From assembly GCA_965223855.1 (NCBI GenBank), contig CBDCXM010000009.1, forward strand, positions 2,400,001 to 2,464,000: a stretch of 64,000 bases of DNA, given 5' to 3'. Numbering within the stretch: the first letter of the stretch is position 1; each line of letters opens with the position of its first letter. Of the stretch, positions 17,309 to 27,028 are shown piece after piece. A program made the position numbers and the translations under genes. The notes beneath the pieces are model-generated. The model was not told the DNA's origin and searched no databases. It saw only the letters and a program-made list of their open reading frames with translations. The DNA is from Candidatus Multivoradales bacterium. GTDB lineage: Bacteria > Acidobacteriota > Thermoanaerobaculia > Multivoradales > JAHEKO01.

Positions 17309-19671
17309 TGAACCCGCGTCGACTCGCGGCGGCGGCCGTCGCGATTCTGCTCTTCGCTGCCGCACCGCCGGCGGCCGCGGGGCCGTGGTTCGAGGAGTAC
17401 CACGAGGCGGAGCGCGCCGTGGCCTCCCGGCGCTGGGAGCTCGCCGTGGAGCATCTGCGTGCCGCACTGGCGGATCGTCCCGACTCCGCGGCTCGTGCGC
17501 GGACCTATGGCATGCGCTTCGTCGACTACTTCCCGTACCTCCAGCTCGGGATTGCCTACCGCGGCCTGGGCAGACCCGGCGCAGCTCTCCAGGCGTTCGA
17601 GTCCGAGCTCAGTCAGGGGGCGATCCAGCAGGTACCCGCGCGCCTGCGCGAGCTGCAGACGCTGATCGAAGCGGTGGAGAAGGAAGTGGCGAGCGCGCGT
17701 CTCGAGGAATCGACGCGCGGCGAGCGGCTGATCGCCGAAGGGCTCTCCCGCGCTGCGCGTCAGGAGGAGGCGGGAGATCTCGATGCTGCGGCGGACTCGC
17801 TGGACCGGGTGCTCGCGCTGGCTCCTGAGTCGGAGGAGGCACTCGCCGCGGCCGAACGCGTGCGTGCTGCGCGAGCCGAGCGGCAACGCCGGATCGATGC
17901 CCGAGAGCGTGCCGGCAGGCTGCGCCTCCGAGGCGGAGAGGAGCTTTCGCGTGGCGATCCGCGGGCCGCGGCGGCCAGCTTCGGCGAGGCCGAGCAACTG
18001 TTCCCGACGGACGAGGGCGCCAGGGGGCTCGAAGAGGCGAGGTCGGCGCTGGCCGGGCAGTTGCGGCGCTCGGCGGCTCCCGATCCGATTCCCGGACGAC
18101 TCGACCGGGCGCGCGCGTTCGAGGCGGAAGGGCGATGGCTCGAGGCGATTCGCGAGGTGCAGTCGGTGCTCGCCCTGCAGCCGGGGCACGAGGAAGCGCT
18201 CGAGTTCGAGGAGCGTCTTGCCAGGCTGCGCGCCGACGACGAGGCGGAGAGGGAGTCGGGCCGGCAGGTCTCCGCCCTTCTCGAAACGCTCCGAACTCTT
18301 CGATCGGCCGGCGACCTTGCCGGCACGCTCAGGGCGGCCAACCGGATCCTGGTGCTCGATCCGGGCCACGGCGAAGCGCTCACGGCTGTGGCCGAGGCTC
18401 ACTCCCGGCTGGGAGAGCAACTCCTGGTCGTCGACGGCGAAGCTCCCGTAATCGTGATCGACGGCGCCGGCGCGCCCGGAGAGGAGTGGATCGTGAGCGA
18501 AGGCTCAGGATGGCTCGCCGGCCGGGTCCTCGATGCGACGCCGGTCGAGTTGGTCGCAAGCATCGATGGTCAGGATCACCCGGTCGAGGTTTCGGAAGTG
18601 CGGATGGGAGGGATCTGGGTGAGCGACTTCCGAGTCGCTGCGGTGCTCGATCCCGGCGTGTCGACGGTGCGAGTCGAGGCGCGAGACCTGTCCGGCCGGG
18701 AGACGACCCTCGAACGCGAGGTCGAGTACCGCCGGTCGCTGCTGCGGTCGCGAGGCCTCTTCGGGATCGCGGCCCTGTGCCTCGCGCTCGCGGGAAGCGG
18801 AGCACTGGCGTGGCGCTTCCTGCGGCGCAGGGCCCTCCTGAGAAGGCGCTTCAATCCGTACGTCGCCGGCGCCCCGATTCTCGACGGGGAGCGCTACTAC
18901 GGGCGTCGGAAGCTGCTCGACTACGTGCTACGTAGAATCTCGAACAACAGCGTCATGCTCTACGGTGAGCGCAGGATCGGCAAGACGTCGTTCCAGCATC
19001 AGCTCAAGCGCTGCCTCGGAGAGCTCGACGATCCCGACCACGAGTTCTTCCCCGTCTTCGTCGATCTGCAGGGAATTCCGCAGGAGCGCTTCTTCGCGAC
19101 GCTGGCGACCGAGGTGTTTCACGAGCTGGGGCCGCGTCTCGGTGGGCTCGAGCCCGATCCCTCACTCGCCACCGGCGAGTACGGCTACCGGACCTTCGTG
19201 CGAGACCTGCAGAAGACCTTGGCGGCCCTTCAGGAGCGCAACACCAAGAAGGTCAAGCTCGTGCTCCTGATCGACGAAGTCGACGAGCTCAACGACTACG
19301 ACCCGCGAGTGAACCAGCGGCTGCGCAGCCTCTTCATGCGCTCGTTCTCCGACCGCCTGGTGGCGGTGGTCTCGGGGGTGACGATCAAGAAGCAGTGGGA
19401 GCGCGAGGGGAGCCCCTGGTACAACTTCTTCCAGGAGGTCGAGGTCGAGCCGCTGGGGGCCGGCGAGGCGCGAGCGCTCATCGAAGCTCCGGTGGCCGGA
19501 ATCTTCCGCTTCGAGGAGGCGGCAGCGCTCGAGATCGTCGAGCGGACGCGGAGCAAGCCCTACCTGATTCAGCGCCTCTGCTCGAGTCTCATCGACCGGA
19601 TGCACGAGGAAGGGCGGAGGACGGTCGGCATCGACGACGTCGAGGCCGCCTGCGCGGCGGAGGGTCTCTGA
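17308..19671 (+). CDS. Signal peptide-TPR-Ig-like-TM-STAND-type ATPase
   Basis: TGATG coupling; signal peptide; TPR repeats; beta-sandwich; TM helix GLFGIAALCLALAGSGALAW; then FNPYVAGAP, YYGR, Walker A GERRIGKT, Walker B LLIDEVD, KPYLIQ. Confidence 0.85.
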   Translation: MNPRRLAAAAVAILLFAAAPPAAAGPWFEEYHEAERAVASRRWELAVEHLRAALADRPDSAARARTYGMRFVDYFPYLQLGIAYRGLGRPGAALQAFESELSQGAIQQVPARLRELQTLIEAVEKEVASARLEESTRGERLIAEGLSRAARQEEAGDLDAAADSLDRVLALAPESEEALAAAERVRAARAERQRRIDARERAGRLRLRGGEELSRGDPRAAAASFGEAEQLFPTDEGARGLEEARSALAGQLRRSAAPDPIPGRLDRARAFEAEGRWLEAIREVQSVLALQPGHEEALEFEERLARLRADDEAERESGRQVSALLETLRTLRSAGDLAGTLRAANRILVLDPGHGEALTAVAEAHSRLGEQLLVVDGEAPVIVIDGAGAPGEEWIVSEGSGWLAGRVLDATPVELVASIDGQDHPVEVSEVRMGGIWVSDFRVAAVLDPGVSTVRVEARDLSGRETTLEREVEYRRSLLRSRGLFGIAALCLALAGSGALAWRFLRRRALLRRRFNPYVAGAPILDGERYYGRRKLLDYVLRRISNNSVMLYGERRIGKTSFQHQLKRCLGELDDPDHEFFPVFVDLQGIPQERFFATLATEVFHELGPRLGGLEPDPSLATGEYGYRTFVRDLQKTLAALQERNTKKVKLVLLIDEVDELNDYDPRVNQRLRSLFMRSFSDRLVAVVSGVTIKKQWEREGSPWYNFFQEVEVEPLGAGEARALIEAPVAGIFRFEEAAALEIVERTRSKPYLIQRLCSSLIDRMHEEGRRTVGIDDVEAACAAEGL

Positions 19672-19672
19672 C

Positions 19673-21640
19673 ATGGCCGTCACTCCCTACGTCGTCGGCC
19701 AGTGGGTACGAGGAGACGCCTTCTACGGGCGCCGCTCGCTCCTGCGCGACATCCTCACGGGGCCACGCAATGGAATCTGGCTGCTCGGGACCCGGCGAGT
19801 CGGCAAGACTTCGGCTCTCAAGGAACTCGATCGGCTGGCGCGCGAGTCTCCCGGCTCCGACTACTTCCCGGTCTTCTGGGATTTCCAGGGGGTCGAAGGG
19901 CCTCACGAACTCAGGGAGAGCTTTCGGGACTCCCTGCTCGATGTGTCGCCTGACCTCGAGGAGCTCGGTATCGATCTCGAAGCGGTCGATCGCAGCGACC
20001 TTTTCGAGTCGATCAACAGGCTCCGAAGGGCGCTCGGCGAGCGAGATCGGCGGCTCCTGCTGCTGGGGGACGAGGCTGAGGAACTGGTGGCGATCCACGA
20101 GCGGGCGCCCCAGTTCCTCACCCGCCTGCGACGGGTGCTGCAGTCGTCCGAGGGGGTCAGGGCAGTGCTCGCCTCGACGATCCGGCTGTGGCGCCTCGCC
20201 GAGAGGGACACCAGCACTTCACCTTTTCTCCACGGTTTCACTCCGGCGAGGGTCGTCGGCCGCCTGTCGGACGATGCCGCGCTCAGCCTGGTTCGTCAGG
20301 ACCAGCTCGCTCCCGAAGCGCGGCCCGAGATCGACGGCGAGGCGGCCGAGCGCATTCGAGCCGCCTGCAACAACCATCCCTTCCTCCTGCAACTCGTCGC
20401 CGAGCGCCACCTCGAGAGCGGCGATCTCACCGCGGCGATCGAGGAGGTCGAGGCCGACTCCATGGCCGGCTTCTTCTTCCAGTCCGATCTGTCGATGCTG
20501 GAGTCCGGGGAGCGTTCCGGGTTGCGTTGGCTCGCCTGCCGCGAGGAACCCGCTTCGGAGGAGGAGTTGGGCCGGGCGATCGCCCCCTCGTCTTCCGCCA
20601 GCCGGTCCGGAGTGCACCGCTTGGAACTGTTGGGGTTCGTGGCGCGAGACGCCGCCGGAGGTCTCGAGATCGCGAATCGCTACTTCCGGCGCTGGCTTCT
20701 GGACTCGGAGGACTCTCCCGACACGGGAGCCGGCCGGGCGACGTCGGAGAGAGTTCTCGTCGGCGACCGCACTCTTGTCGGCGGTCGCTACGACCTGCTG
20801 GAGAAGCTCGGCGACGGCTCCACGGGAGAGGTCTTCAAGGCTCGCGACACCCTCCTCGACAGTATCGTTGCGGTCAAGCTGCTACGTCGCGACTACGGTG
20901 GGGAGAAGGCGGCTCTGGAGCGGCTGCGCCGCGAGGTGCTCCTGGCGCGCGACCTCAGTCATCCGAACCTCCTGAAGGTCTACCACCTCGGAGCCGACGG
21001 CGACCGGCGCTACGTGACGATGCGCTACATCGACGGCGAGAATCTCGCGAAGAAGCTGGCCTCGGAAGCGCGCCCTCCCCTCGCGTGGGGGCTCTCCGTC
21101 GCCCGCAAGCTCGCCTCCGCCCTCGCGGCCCTGCATCGGTGCGAGGTCCTGCATCGCGATCTCAAACCCTCCAACGTGCTGATCGACCGCTCCGGCGAAC
21201 CTCACATCTCCGACTTCGGCCTCGCCAGGCTCCCGTGGAGCCCTGGAGTGACGCGCGACGGCGGCTTCGTCGGAACCCCGGCCTACGCCTCGCCCGAGCA
21301 GGCGATGGGAGGCAAGCCGGACGCGCGCTCCGATCTCTACGCGTTGGGCCTCGTCCTCTTCGAGCTCTTCACCGGCCAGCGGGCGTTCGAGGCGGGCTCG
21401 GGACAGGATCTTCTCGAGCTGCAGGTCCACGCACCGGTGCCGCGACCGTCGGGAATCGCGCCGGACATTCCCGAGGAACTCTCGGCGATTGTCCTGCGAT
21501 GTCTCGAGAAGAAGCCGCTGGATCGGTACGAAAGTGCCGAGGCACTCGAGGCAAACCTCGAGAGAGTGCGGCTGCCTGCGATCTCCGACAGCCAGCCCGC
21601 CACGCCCGATGGCCGCAGCTCGTCGCCGGCCCGGAGTTAG
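19673..21640 (+). CDS. STAND-type ATPase fused to a Hanks-type Ser/Thr kinase
   Basis: TPYVVG...FYGR, Walker A GTRRVGKT, Walker B LLGDEAE, HPFLLQ; kinase motifs LGDGSTGEV, VAVK, HRDLKPSN, DFG, GTPAYASPEQ. Confidence 0.9.
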   Translation: MAVTPYVVGQWVRGDAFYGRRSLLRDILTGPRNGIWLLGTRRVGKTSALKELDRLARESPGSDYFPVFWDFQGVEGPHELRESFRDSLLDVSPDLEELGIDLEAVDRSDLFESINRLRRALGERDRRLLLLGDEAEELVAIHERAPQFLTRLRRVLQSSEGVRAVLASTIRLWRLAERDTSTSPFLHGFTPARVVGRLSDDAALSLVRQDQLAPEARPEIDGEAAERIRAACNNHPFLLQLVAERHLESGDLTAAIEEVEADSMAGFFFQSDLSMLESGERSGLRWLACREEPASEEELGRAIAPSSSASRSGVHRLELLGFVARDAAGGLEIANRYFRRWLLDSEDSPDTGAGRATSERVLVGDRTLVGGRYDLLEKLGDGSTGEVFKARDTLLDSIVAVKLLRRDYGGEKAALERLRREVLLARDLSHPNLLKVYHLGADGDRRYVTMRYIDGENLAKKLASEARPPLAWGLSVARKLASALAALHRCEVLHRDLKPSNVLIDRSGEPHISDFGLARLPWSPGVTRDGGFVGTPAYASPEQAMGGKPDARSDLYALGLVLFELFTGQRAFEAGSGQDLLELQVHAPVPRPSGIAPDIPEELSAIVLRCLEKKPLDRYESAEALEANLERVRLPAISDSQPATPDGRSSSPARS

Positions 21641-21713
21641 CCCGTCGACCGAAGGGTCGCGCCCTCCGGATCCGAGAGCCCCGGAGTAAGCGAGCCGAGT
21701 CGTCCGTGGCAGG

Positions 21714-21740
21714 AAAAGCGGGGCCCCGTGAGGGGCCCCG
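21714..21740 (-). terminator. Intrinsic terminator of the TonB-dependent receptor gene
   Basis: 9-bp stem CGGGGCCCC/GGGGCCCCG with a 4-nt loop, followed by TTTT on the minus strand, about 25 nt after the stop. Confidence 0.7.
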
Positions 21741-21764
21741 TGAGATCGCGTTCGACGGAGGTGG

Positions 21765-24707
21765 CTACCGGCTGGCGTCGAGGTCGACTTCGAGCCGCAC
21801 GTAGCCGACCATTCCCGGAAGATCGTGGAACGGGCTCATGCTGACGACGCCGCACGAATCGCAGACGCTCGGATCCTCGTCCAGCAGGTTGTTGATGCCG
21901 AACGCCAGAGTGCTCGACTCGTAGCCGGGCAGATCCCACCGAACCAGGAGGTCGGTGTAGAGGATCGACGCGAGCACACTACCCGAGTCCTGGATCATCG
22001 AGTCTTCCCAGCGGAAGGTGAGGCCGGCGTACCAGTTGTCCTTCGTGCGATCGACCCGCGCTCTCGCCCGCCACTCGGCGAACGCGCGCTGGAAGGTCTC
22101 GTTGGTGATCGTGCCGGTCCGGTCGGTGCTGGTGAGAGAGCCGTCCGGATTGCGGGTCAGCTCCGTGTAGTTGTCGAGGTAGGTGGCACTGAGGCTGGCG
22201 CCCCAGGCTCCGCCGCTCGTCCAGCCGAAGGCGAGGTCGGCGCCCGAGGCTTCGATCCCGCCGATGTTCTGAAGCTGGTTGTCGACCAGGTTGATGAGGC
22301 CGCTCGAAGCACGCTCGACCGCGTCGCAGAAGAACGGGTCCAGCGTGGCGACGCAGGCGTCGATCACCTCACCCGGGTCACGGCCCTGAATGGCGTTGTC
22401 GATCTGGAGGTCGTAGAAATCGACCGACAGCGACCAACCCGCCTGTGAGGTCCGCGTGGGGCTGTAGACGAAGCCGAACGAGTAGCCGTCCGAGGTCTCC
22501 GGCACCAGCCGCTCGTTGCCGGCTGAGATCGCGGAGAGTTGCGGGTTGCGCTGGGCGAAGCTGGTCGGCACGCCGAGGGCGGCGCAGTTGGCGACGATGT
22601 TGGCCGGCTGCGGCGTGTCGCGGCCACCGTTGGCGCTTCCGATCACGCCCAGCACGTCGGCGCAGGGGTCGAGGAAGGTGAAGTCCTCGCGCGCCGCGCC
22701 GCCGAAGAGCTCGCCGATGCCCGGTGCCCGGATCCCGGTGGAGATCGACCCGCGCAGCGAGAGCTCCGCGGTCGGGCGGTAGAGCACGCCGAGCTTGTAG
22801 GTGTCCTCCCCGCCGAAGGTGCTGTAGTCGGAGTAGCGAGTGGCGACGTTGAGCTCCAGATACTCCGCCATGGGGCTGTCGATCAGCAGCGGAAAGTTGA
22901 GCTCCAGGTAGGCCTCGGTGACGTCGAAGCCGCCCGCGGTCGGCGCAGACGGGATGCCGGCGGTCTCGCCGCTGGCGGCGATCGGGTCGGGCTGAAAGGA
23001 GCCCTTCTGATCGCGATACTCGACGCCGGCGGCGAAGCCGACCCGGGCCTGGTTGCTGAGCTCGAACAGGTCGCCGGTGATGTCGGCGTTGAGGGTCGTC
23101 ATCTCCTGGTCGCTGAAGTCACGCTGGGTGTAGGTGATGAAGTCGAGCATCTCCTGCGTGATCGAGCCGGTGCCGTTGGGTCCCTGGCCGCCGAAGAAGT
23201 TGAACGGCACGCAGTTCGGAACCAGAGCGCAGATCGCCGGATCGCCGAGAGCCAGCGCGATCTTGGCGATGTTGTGAGAGTTGAACTTCTGCTGAAAGCC
23301 GCTGTTCTCGCCATAGGAGGCGGTGATGTCCCAGCTGAAGTTGCGCGAACCGCTCGTGAACTCGCCGTCGATGCTGGCGCTGGTGAAGTAGGTGTCGACG
23401 TCCTGCTCGAAGATGCGCGGCCCCGACTCGAGCGGCCGGCGGCCGAAGAACTCGAGGTTGCCGTTGGCCACCGAGAGGTCGATACCGAACGGGTTGAACG
23501 GGTTGTCGCGGTGGATGAGGATGTTCTCGGCGATCCGGTTGCCGCAGCCGTTGCCCAGGCACAGCGGCTCCGGTGCCGCACGGGTCGACGACTGGCGGTT
23601 GGTGTAGGACGCCTTGAGATTGAGAGTCGTGGCTTCGCTCAAGGCGTGGCTGAGCGACGTGTGGAGATTGACCCTCTGATTGGGGGTCTTCAGGTAGTTG
23701 AAGTCGAAGCCGTTGTAGTTGAAACGGTCGGCGCTGGTGAAGGTGTGGAAGTCGCCGCTGCCGGGATCGTCGGGGTTGAAGACCGGGATGTTGGCGACGC
23801 CGTCGTTGAGGACCCCGTCGTTGAGTGTGATGCTCGCGAAGTCGAAGTTCGGCCCGAGGATGAAGCGCCCCTGAGGCGTGAACGAGGAGCACAGGGTTCC
23901 CGGAACGTCGCAACTGGTCGCGAACGGGTTGGGGAAAGCCGACTGGGCGCGATCTGTGGTCGTGACGGCGCCCTCCTGGTAGTAGGAGGCGCTGAACATG
24001 AGGTGGGTGTCCTCGTTGCCGGTGCCCCACAGTCCGCTGACCTCGGTGCCCTCGCCGTCTCCTTCGCTGACGAAGCGCCCGGTCTGAGCGCCGATCTGCA
24101 TGCCCTGGAAGCCGGTGCGGGTGATGATGTTGACGACACCACCGATAGCGTCGGACCCGTAGATGGCGGAGGCGCCGTCCTGCAGGACCTCCACCTTCTC
24201 GATCATGTTGGCCGGCAGAGTGTTGAGATCGACCGAGTTGGAGACGCCGGAAGCCGAGGCGCCCGGGATCCAACGCTTGCCGTCGACCAGCACGAGGGTG
24301 CGCTTGGCGCCGACGTTCCTCAGGGAGAGCTGGATCGCTCCGGCGCCGATGCCGTTGCCGTCCTGCGGGAAGCCGGAGTTGCCGGGGACGTTGAAGCGGG
24401 CGTTGATCGCCGAGCCCATGCTCGGGATCTGCTGGAGCGTCTGACCGATGTTGGTGAGGCCCGACTGCTTGATCTCGAGTTCACCGACCTCGACCAACGG
24501 AGCGCGCTGGTAGAGCGGGCTGGTGGCGATTCTCGACCCGGTGACGACGATGGTGTCGCTGACGGTGTCGTCGGCGTCCGCCTCCGTGTCTTCACCTTCC
24601 TCGACCTGGTTCTCCTCGGTCGAGGATGCCTCTTCGTCCTCCTGAGCCACGGCCGGGCCGAAGGCGACGGCGAGACCGAGGAGGCACAACAGAAAAGTCC
24701 TGCGCAT
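21765..24707 (-). CDS. TonB-dependent receptor
   Basis: Signal peptide, TonB-box region DTIVVTGSRI, plug motifs RTLVLVDGKR and VEVLQDGASAIYGSDAIGGVVNII, C-terminal GINNLLDEDP. Confidence 0.95.
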   Translation of the reverse strand: MRRTFLLCLLGLAVAFGPAVAQEDEEASSTEENQVEEGEDTEADADDTVSDTIVVTGSRIATSPLYQRAPLVEVGELEIKQSGLTNIGQTLQQIPSMGSAINARFNVPGNSGFPQDGNGIGAGAIQLSLRNVGAKRTLVLVDGKRWIPGASASGVSNSVDLNTLPANMIEKVEVLQDGASAIYGSDAIGGVVNIITRTGFQGMQIGAQTGRFVSEGDGEGTEVSGLWGTGNEDTHLMFSASYYQEGAVTTTDRAQSAFPNPFATSCDVPGTLCSSFTPQGRFILGPNFDFASITLNDGVLNDGVANIPVFNPDDPGSGDFHTFTSADRFNYNGFDFNYLKTPNQRVNLHTSLSHALSEATTLNLKASYTNRQSSTRAAPEPLCLGNGCGNRIAENILIHRDNPFNPFGIDLSVANGNLEFFGRRPLESGPRIFEQDVDTYFTSASIDGEFTSGSRNFSWDITASYGENSGFQQKFNSHNIAKIALALGDPAICALVPNCVPFNFFGGQGPNGTGSITQEMLDFITYTQRDFSDQEMTTLNADITGDLFELSNQARVGFAAGVEYRDQKGSFQPDPIAASGETAGIPSAPTAGGFDVTEAYLELNFPLLIDSPMAEYLELNVATRYSDYSTFGGEDTYKLGVLYRPTAELSLRGSISTGIRAPGIGELFGGAAREDFTFLDPCADVLGVIGSANGGRDTPQPANIVANCAALGVPTSFAQRNPQLSAISAGNERLVPETSDGYSFGFVYSPTRTSQAGWSLSVDFYDLQIDNAIQGRDPGEVIDACVATLDPFFCDAVERASSGLINLVDNQLQNIGGIEASGADLAFGWTSGGAWGASLSATYLDNYTELTRNPDGSLTSTDRTGTITNETFQRAFAEWRARARVDRTKDNWYAGLTFRWEDSMIQDSGSVLASILYTDLLVRWDLPGYESSTLAFGINNLLDEDPSVCDSCGVVSMSPFHDLPGMVGYVRLEVDLDASR

Positions 24708-24844
24708 AGTGGTTCCCCCTTGCGTTGGTCGCAAGCCGCTCCCGACCAGACGACGCGCTGAAACCACTCGGATCTGCGCCATCGGCGCCGACTCGGTTTG
24801 CGAGATTCGTTGCGAGCACCGTAGCAACGCCGGAGTGTCGTGAT

Positions 24845-24860
24845 TGTGAAATACGTCACT
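24845..24860. promoter_or_regulatory. CRP/FNR-family-like binding box
   Basis: TGTGA-AATACG-TCACT, one mismatch to TGTGA-N6-TCACA, in the divergent intergenic region. Confidence 0.5.
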
Positions 24861-25084
24861 CTCTGCCCTTGTGCAGGGTTTTCCCGGCCTATGAGCCCGG
24901 CAACGTCGAGCTGCGGCAACGCCGGAAGGGCACCACCCGAAAGGGCGTCGTCGTCGTCGACCGGATGTGCTCTTCTTCGGGACGGACGAGCGGGCGCTCG
25001 GGCCGCTCGGCCCGGCGACGGAGCGCGACCCCGGCCGGGAGTGCGCGAAGGGAGTTCGCAGGGAGTGCGAAAGGAGACGGGCCG

Positions 25085-26812
25085 TTGACGACCAGGAGAG
25101 CCTCCTACTTTCACCGAGGCGGCAGCGTGCCCCTCGACGGTCGGACGATCGCCGTCTTCCTCGAAGAAGTGGTGCGGCGCTATCCCGACAACGAGGCGCT
25201 GGTGTCCTGCTGGCAGGGACGGCGACTGACCTACCTCGAGTTGCGCAGCGAGGTCCTGCGTCTGGCGCGCGGTCTCCTGCGGATGGGCGTGGGCAAGGGC
25301 GATCGCGTCGGTGTCTGGGCGACCGACAACATCGAATGGGTGGTGATCCAGCTGGCGACCGCGGTCGTCGGGGCGGTCCTGGTCAACGTCAATCCTGCGT
25401 ACCGGAGCGCGGAGCTCGAGCACGCGCTCGCCGCGGGACGGGTCCAGACACTCTTCCTGATGCCGGCCTTCAGGAAGTCCGAGTACGTGGAGATGGTGCG
25501 GCAGCTGTGCCCGGAGCTCGAGTCGGCGAGACCGGGGGAACTGTCAAACGGGGCGCTGCCGGAGCTTCGCAATGTGGTCGTCTTCGATCCGGTGGATCCG
25601 CAGGCCACCCGGCGCCCTGCGCCGGGCTTCTTCGTATGGGGTGATGTGCTGGAGCTCGGCCTCGGATTGGCACCGGGTGCCCTGGCCGAGCGCAGCGGGC
25701 AGCTCGACTGCGATGATCCGATCAACATCCAGTTCACCTCGGGCACGACCGGGTTTCCGAAACCGGTGGTCCTGACCCACCACAACATCCTCAACAACGG
25801 CTTTCACGTCGCCGAAGCGTTGGCGACTACCGAGGAGGATCGCCTGTGCGTGCCGGTGCCCTTCTACCACTGCTTCGGCATGGTGGTGTCGAACCTCGGC
25901 TGCCTCACGCACGGAGCGGCGCTCGTGATCCCGGAAGCTCACTTCGACGCCGGTGCCATCCTCTCCGCCGTCGAAACGGAACGATGCACGCTCCTGCACG
26001 GTGTGCCGACGATGTTCCTCGCGGAGCTCGAGCACGAGGACTTCGCCGCCTATGACCTGTCGAGCCTGAGGGCCGGCATCATGGCCGGCGCGCCCTGCCC
26101 ACCCGAGCTGATGCGCAGGGTGAGGGAAGAGATAGGGATCACCGACATCCGTATCGGCTACGGACAGACCGAGTGTTCACCGGTCAGTCACTGCACTCTG
26201 GCTGGAGACTCGGTGGAGCGCAGCACGACCACGGTCGGCACCAACCTGCCGCACCAGGAGGTCAAGATCGTCGATCCGGAAACGGGCACCACCGTGCCTC
26301 TCGGCGAGGCAGGGGAGATCTGCTTCCGCGGCTACCACGTCATGCGCGGCTACTACGGCATGCCCGATGCGACCGCCGAGGCGATCGACGTCGCAGGCTG
26401 GCTTCACTCCGGCGATATCGGGGTGATGGACGGGGACGGCTACGTCTCGATCACCGGGAGGATCAAGGAGATGGTGATCCGCGGTGGCGAGAACATCTAC
26501 CCGGCGGAGATCGAGCATTTCCTCTGCCGCCACCCGAAGGTGGCTCAAGCGGCGGTCTTCGGGGTCTCGGACGAGAAGTGGGGCGAGGATCTGGCCGCCT
26601 GGGTGCGCCTCCATCCCGGTGAGACCGCTACCGAGGACGAACTCCGCCAGTTCGTCCGTGAGGGGATGGCGCACTACAAGGTGCCGGCGCTGGTGCGGGT
26701 CGTCGAGGAGTTTCCGATGACCGTGACCGGGAAGGTGCAGAAGTTCCGGATCCGCGAGATCGAGGAGGCTCGGAGAGCGGAGGCGACGCTTCGGGATGAG
26801 GGGTCGCGCTAG
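25085..26812 (+). CDS. AMP-binding acyl-CoA synthetase (fatty acid-CoA ligase-like)
   Basis: AAGGAG SD before TTG; QFTSGTTGFPK, YGQTECSP, WLHSGD, RIKEMVIRGGENIYP, TGKVQK. Confidence 0.93.
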   Translation: MTTRRASYFHRGGSVPLDGRTIAVFLEEVVRRYPDNEALVSCWQGRRLTYLELRSEVLRLARGLLRMGVGKGDRVGVWATDNIEWVVIQLATAVVGAVLVNVNPAYRSAELEHALAAGRVQTLFLMPAFRKSEYVEMVRQLCPELESARPGELSNGALPELRNVVVFDPVDPQATRRPAPGFFVWGDVLELGLGLAPGALAERSGQLDCDDPINIQFTSGTTGFPKPVVLTHHNILNNGFHVAEALATTEEDRLCVPVPFYHCFGMVVSNLGCLTHGAALVIPEAHFDAGAILSAVETERCTLLHGVPTMFLAELEHEDFAAYDLSSLRAGIMAGAPCPPELMRRVREEIGITDIRIGYGQTECSPVSHCTLAGDSVERSTTTVGTNLPHQEVKIVDPETGTTVPLGEAGEICFRGYHVMRGYYGMPDATAEAIDVAGWLHSGDIGVMDGDGYVSITGRIKEMVIRGGENIYPAEIEHFLCRHPKVAQAAVFGVSDEKWGEDLAAWVRLHPGETATEDELRQFVREGMAHYKVPALVRVVEEFPMTVTGKVQKFRIREIEEARRAEATLRDEGSR

Positions 26813-27028
26813 CCGCCTCCGGCAGGCGGGGTGTGAATCCCGGGATCCTTGCAGCGCGTGGCAAGGCGCCGTGTCAGCTGCTGCCAGACGTCGGACAAGG
26901 CGTGCTCTTCTCCCGGTCGAGGGTCGAGCAGGGCCAGCCCTGCACACAGTTGGCCACTCTCGGCGAGTGTCGAGGCGAGATTGAGCCTTGCCGCGAGGCG
27001 ATTCGGGTCGAGGTCGAAGGGGTCGCCG

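Noticed and set aside
21720-21744. Direct repeat GGGGCCCCGTGA x2
   Set aside because: Explained by the self-complementary terminator hairpin.
22539-24761. Long antisense or alternate-frame ORFs (also 31398-33677, 40654-42684, 50656-52737)
   Set aside because: Shadow ORFs expected from high-GC codon bias opposite well-supported genes; no motifs.
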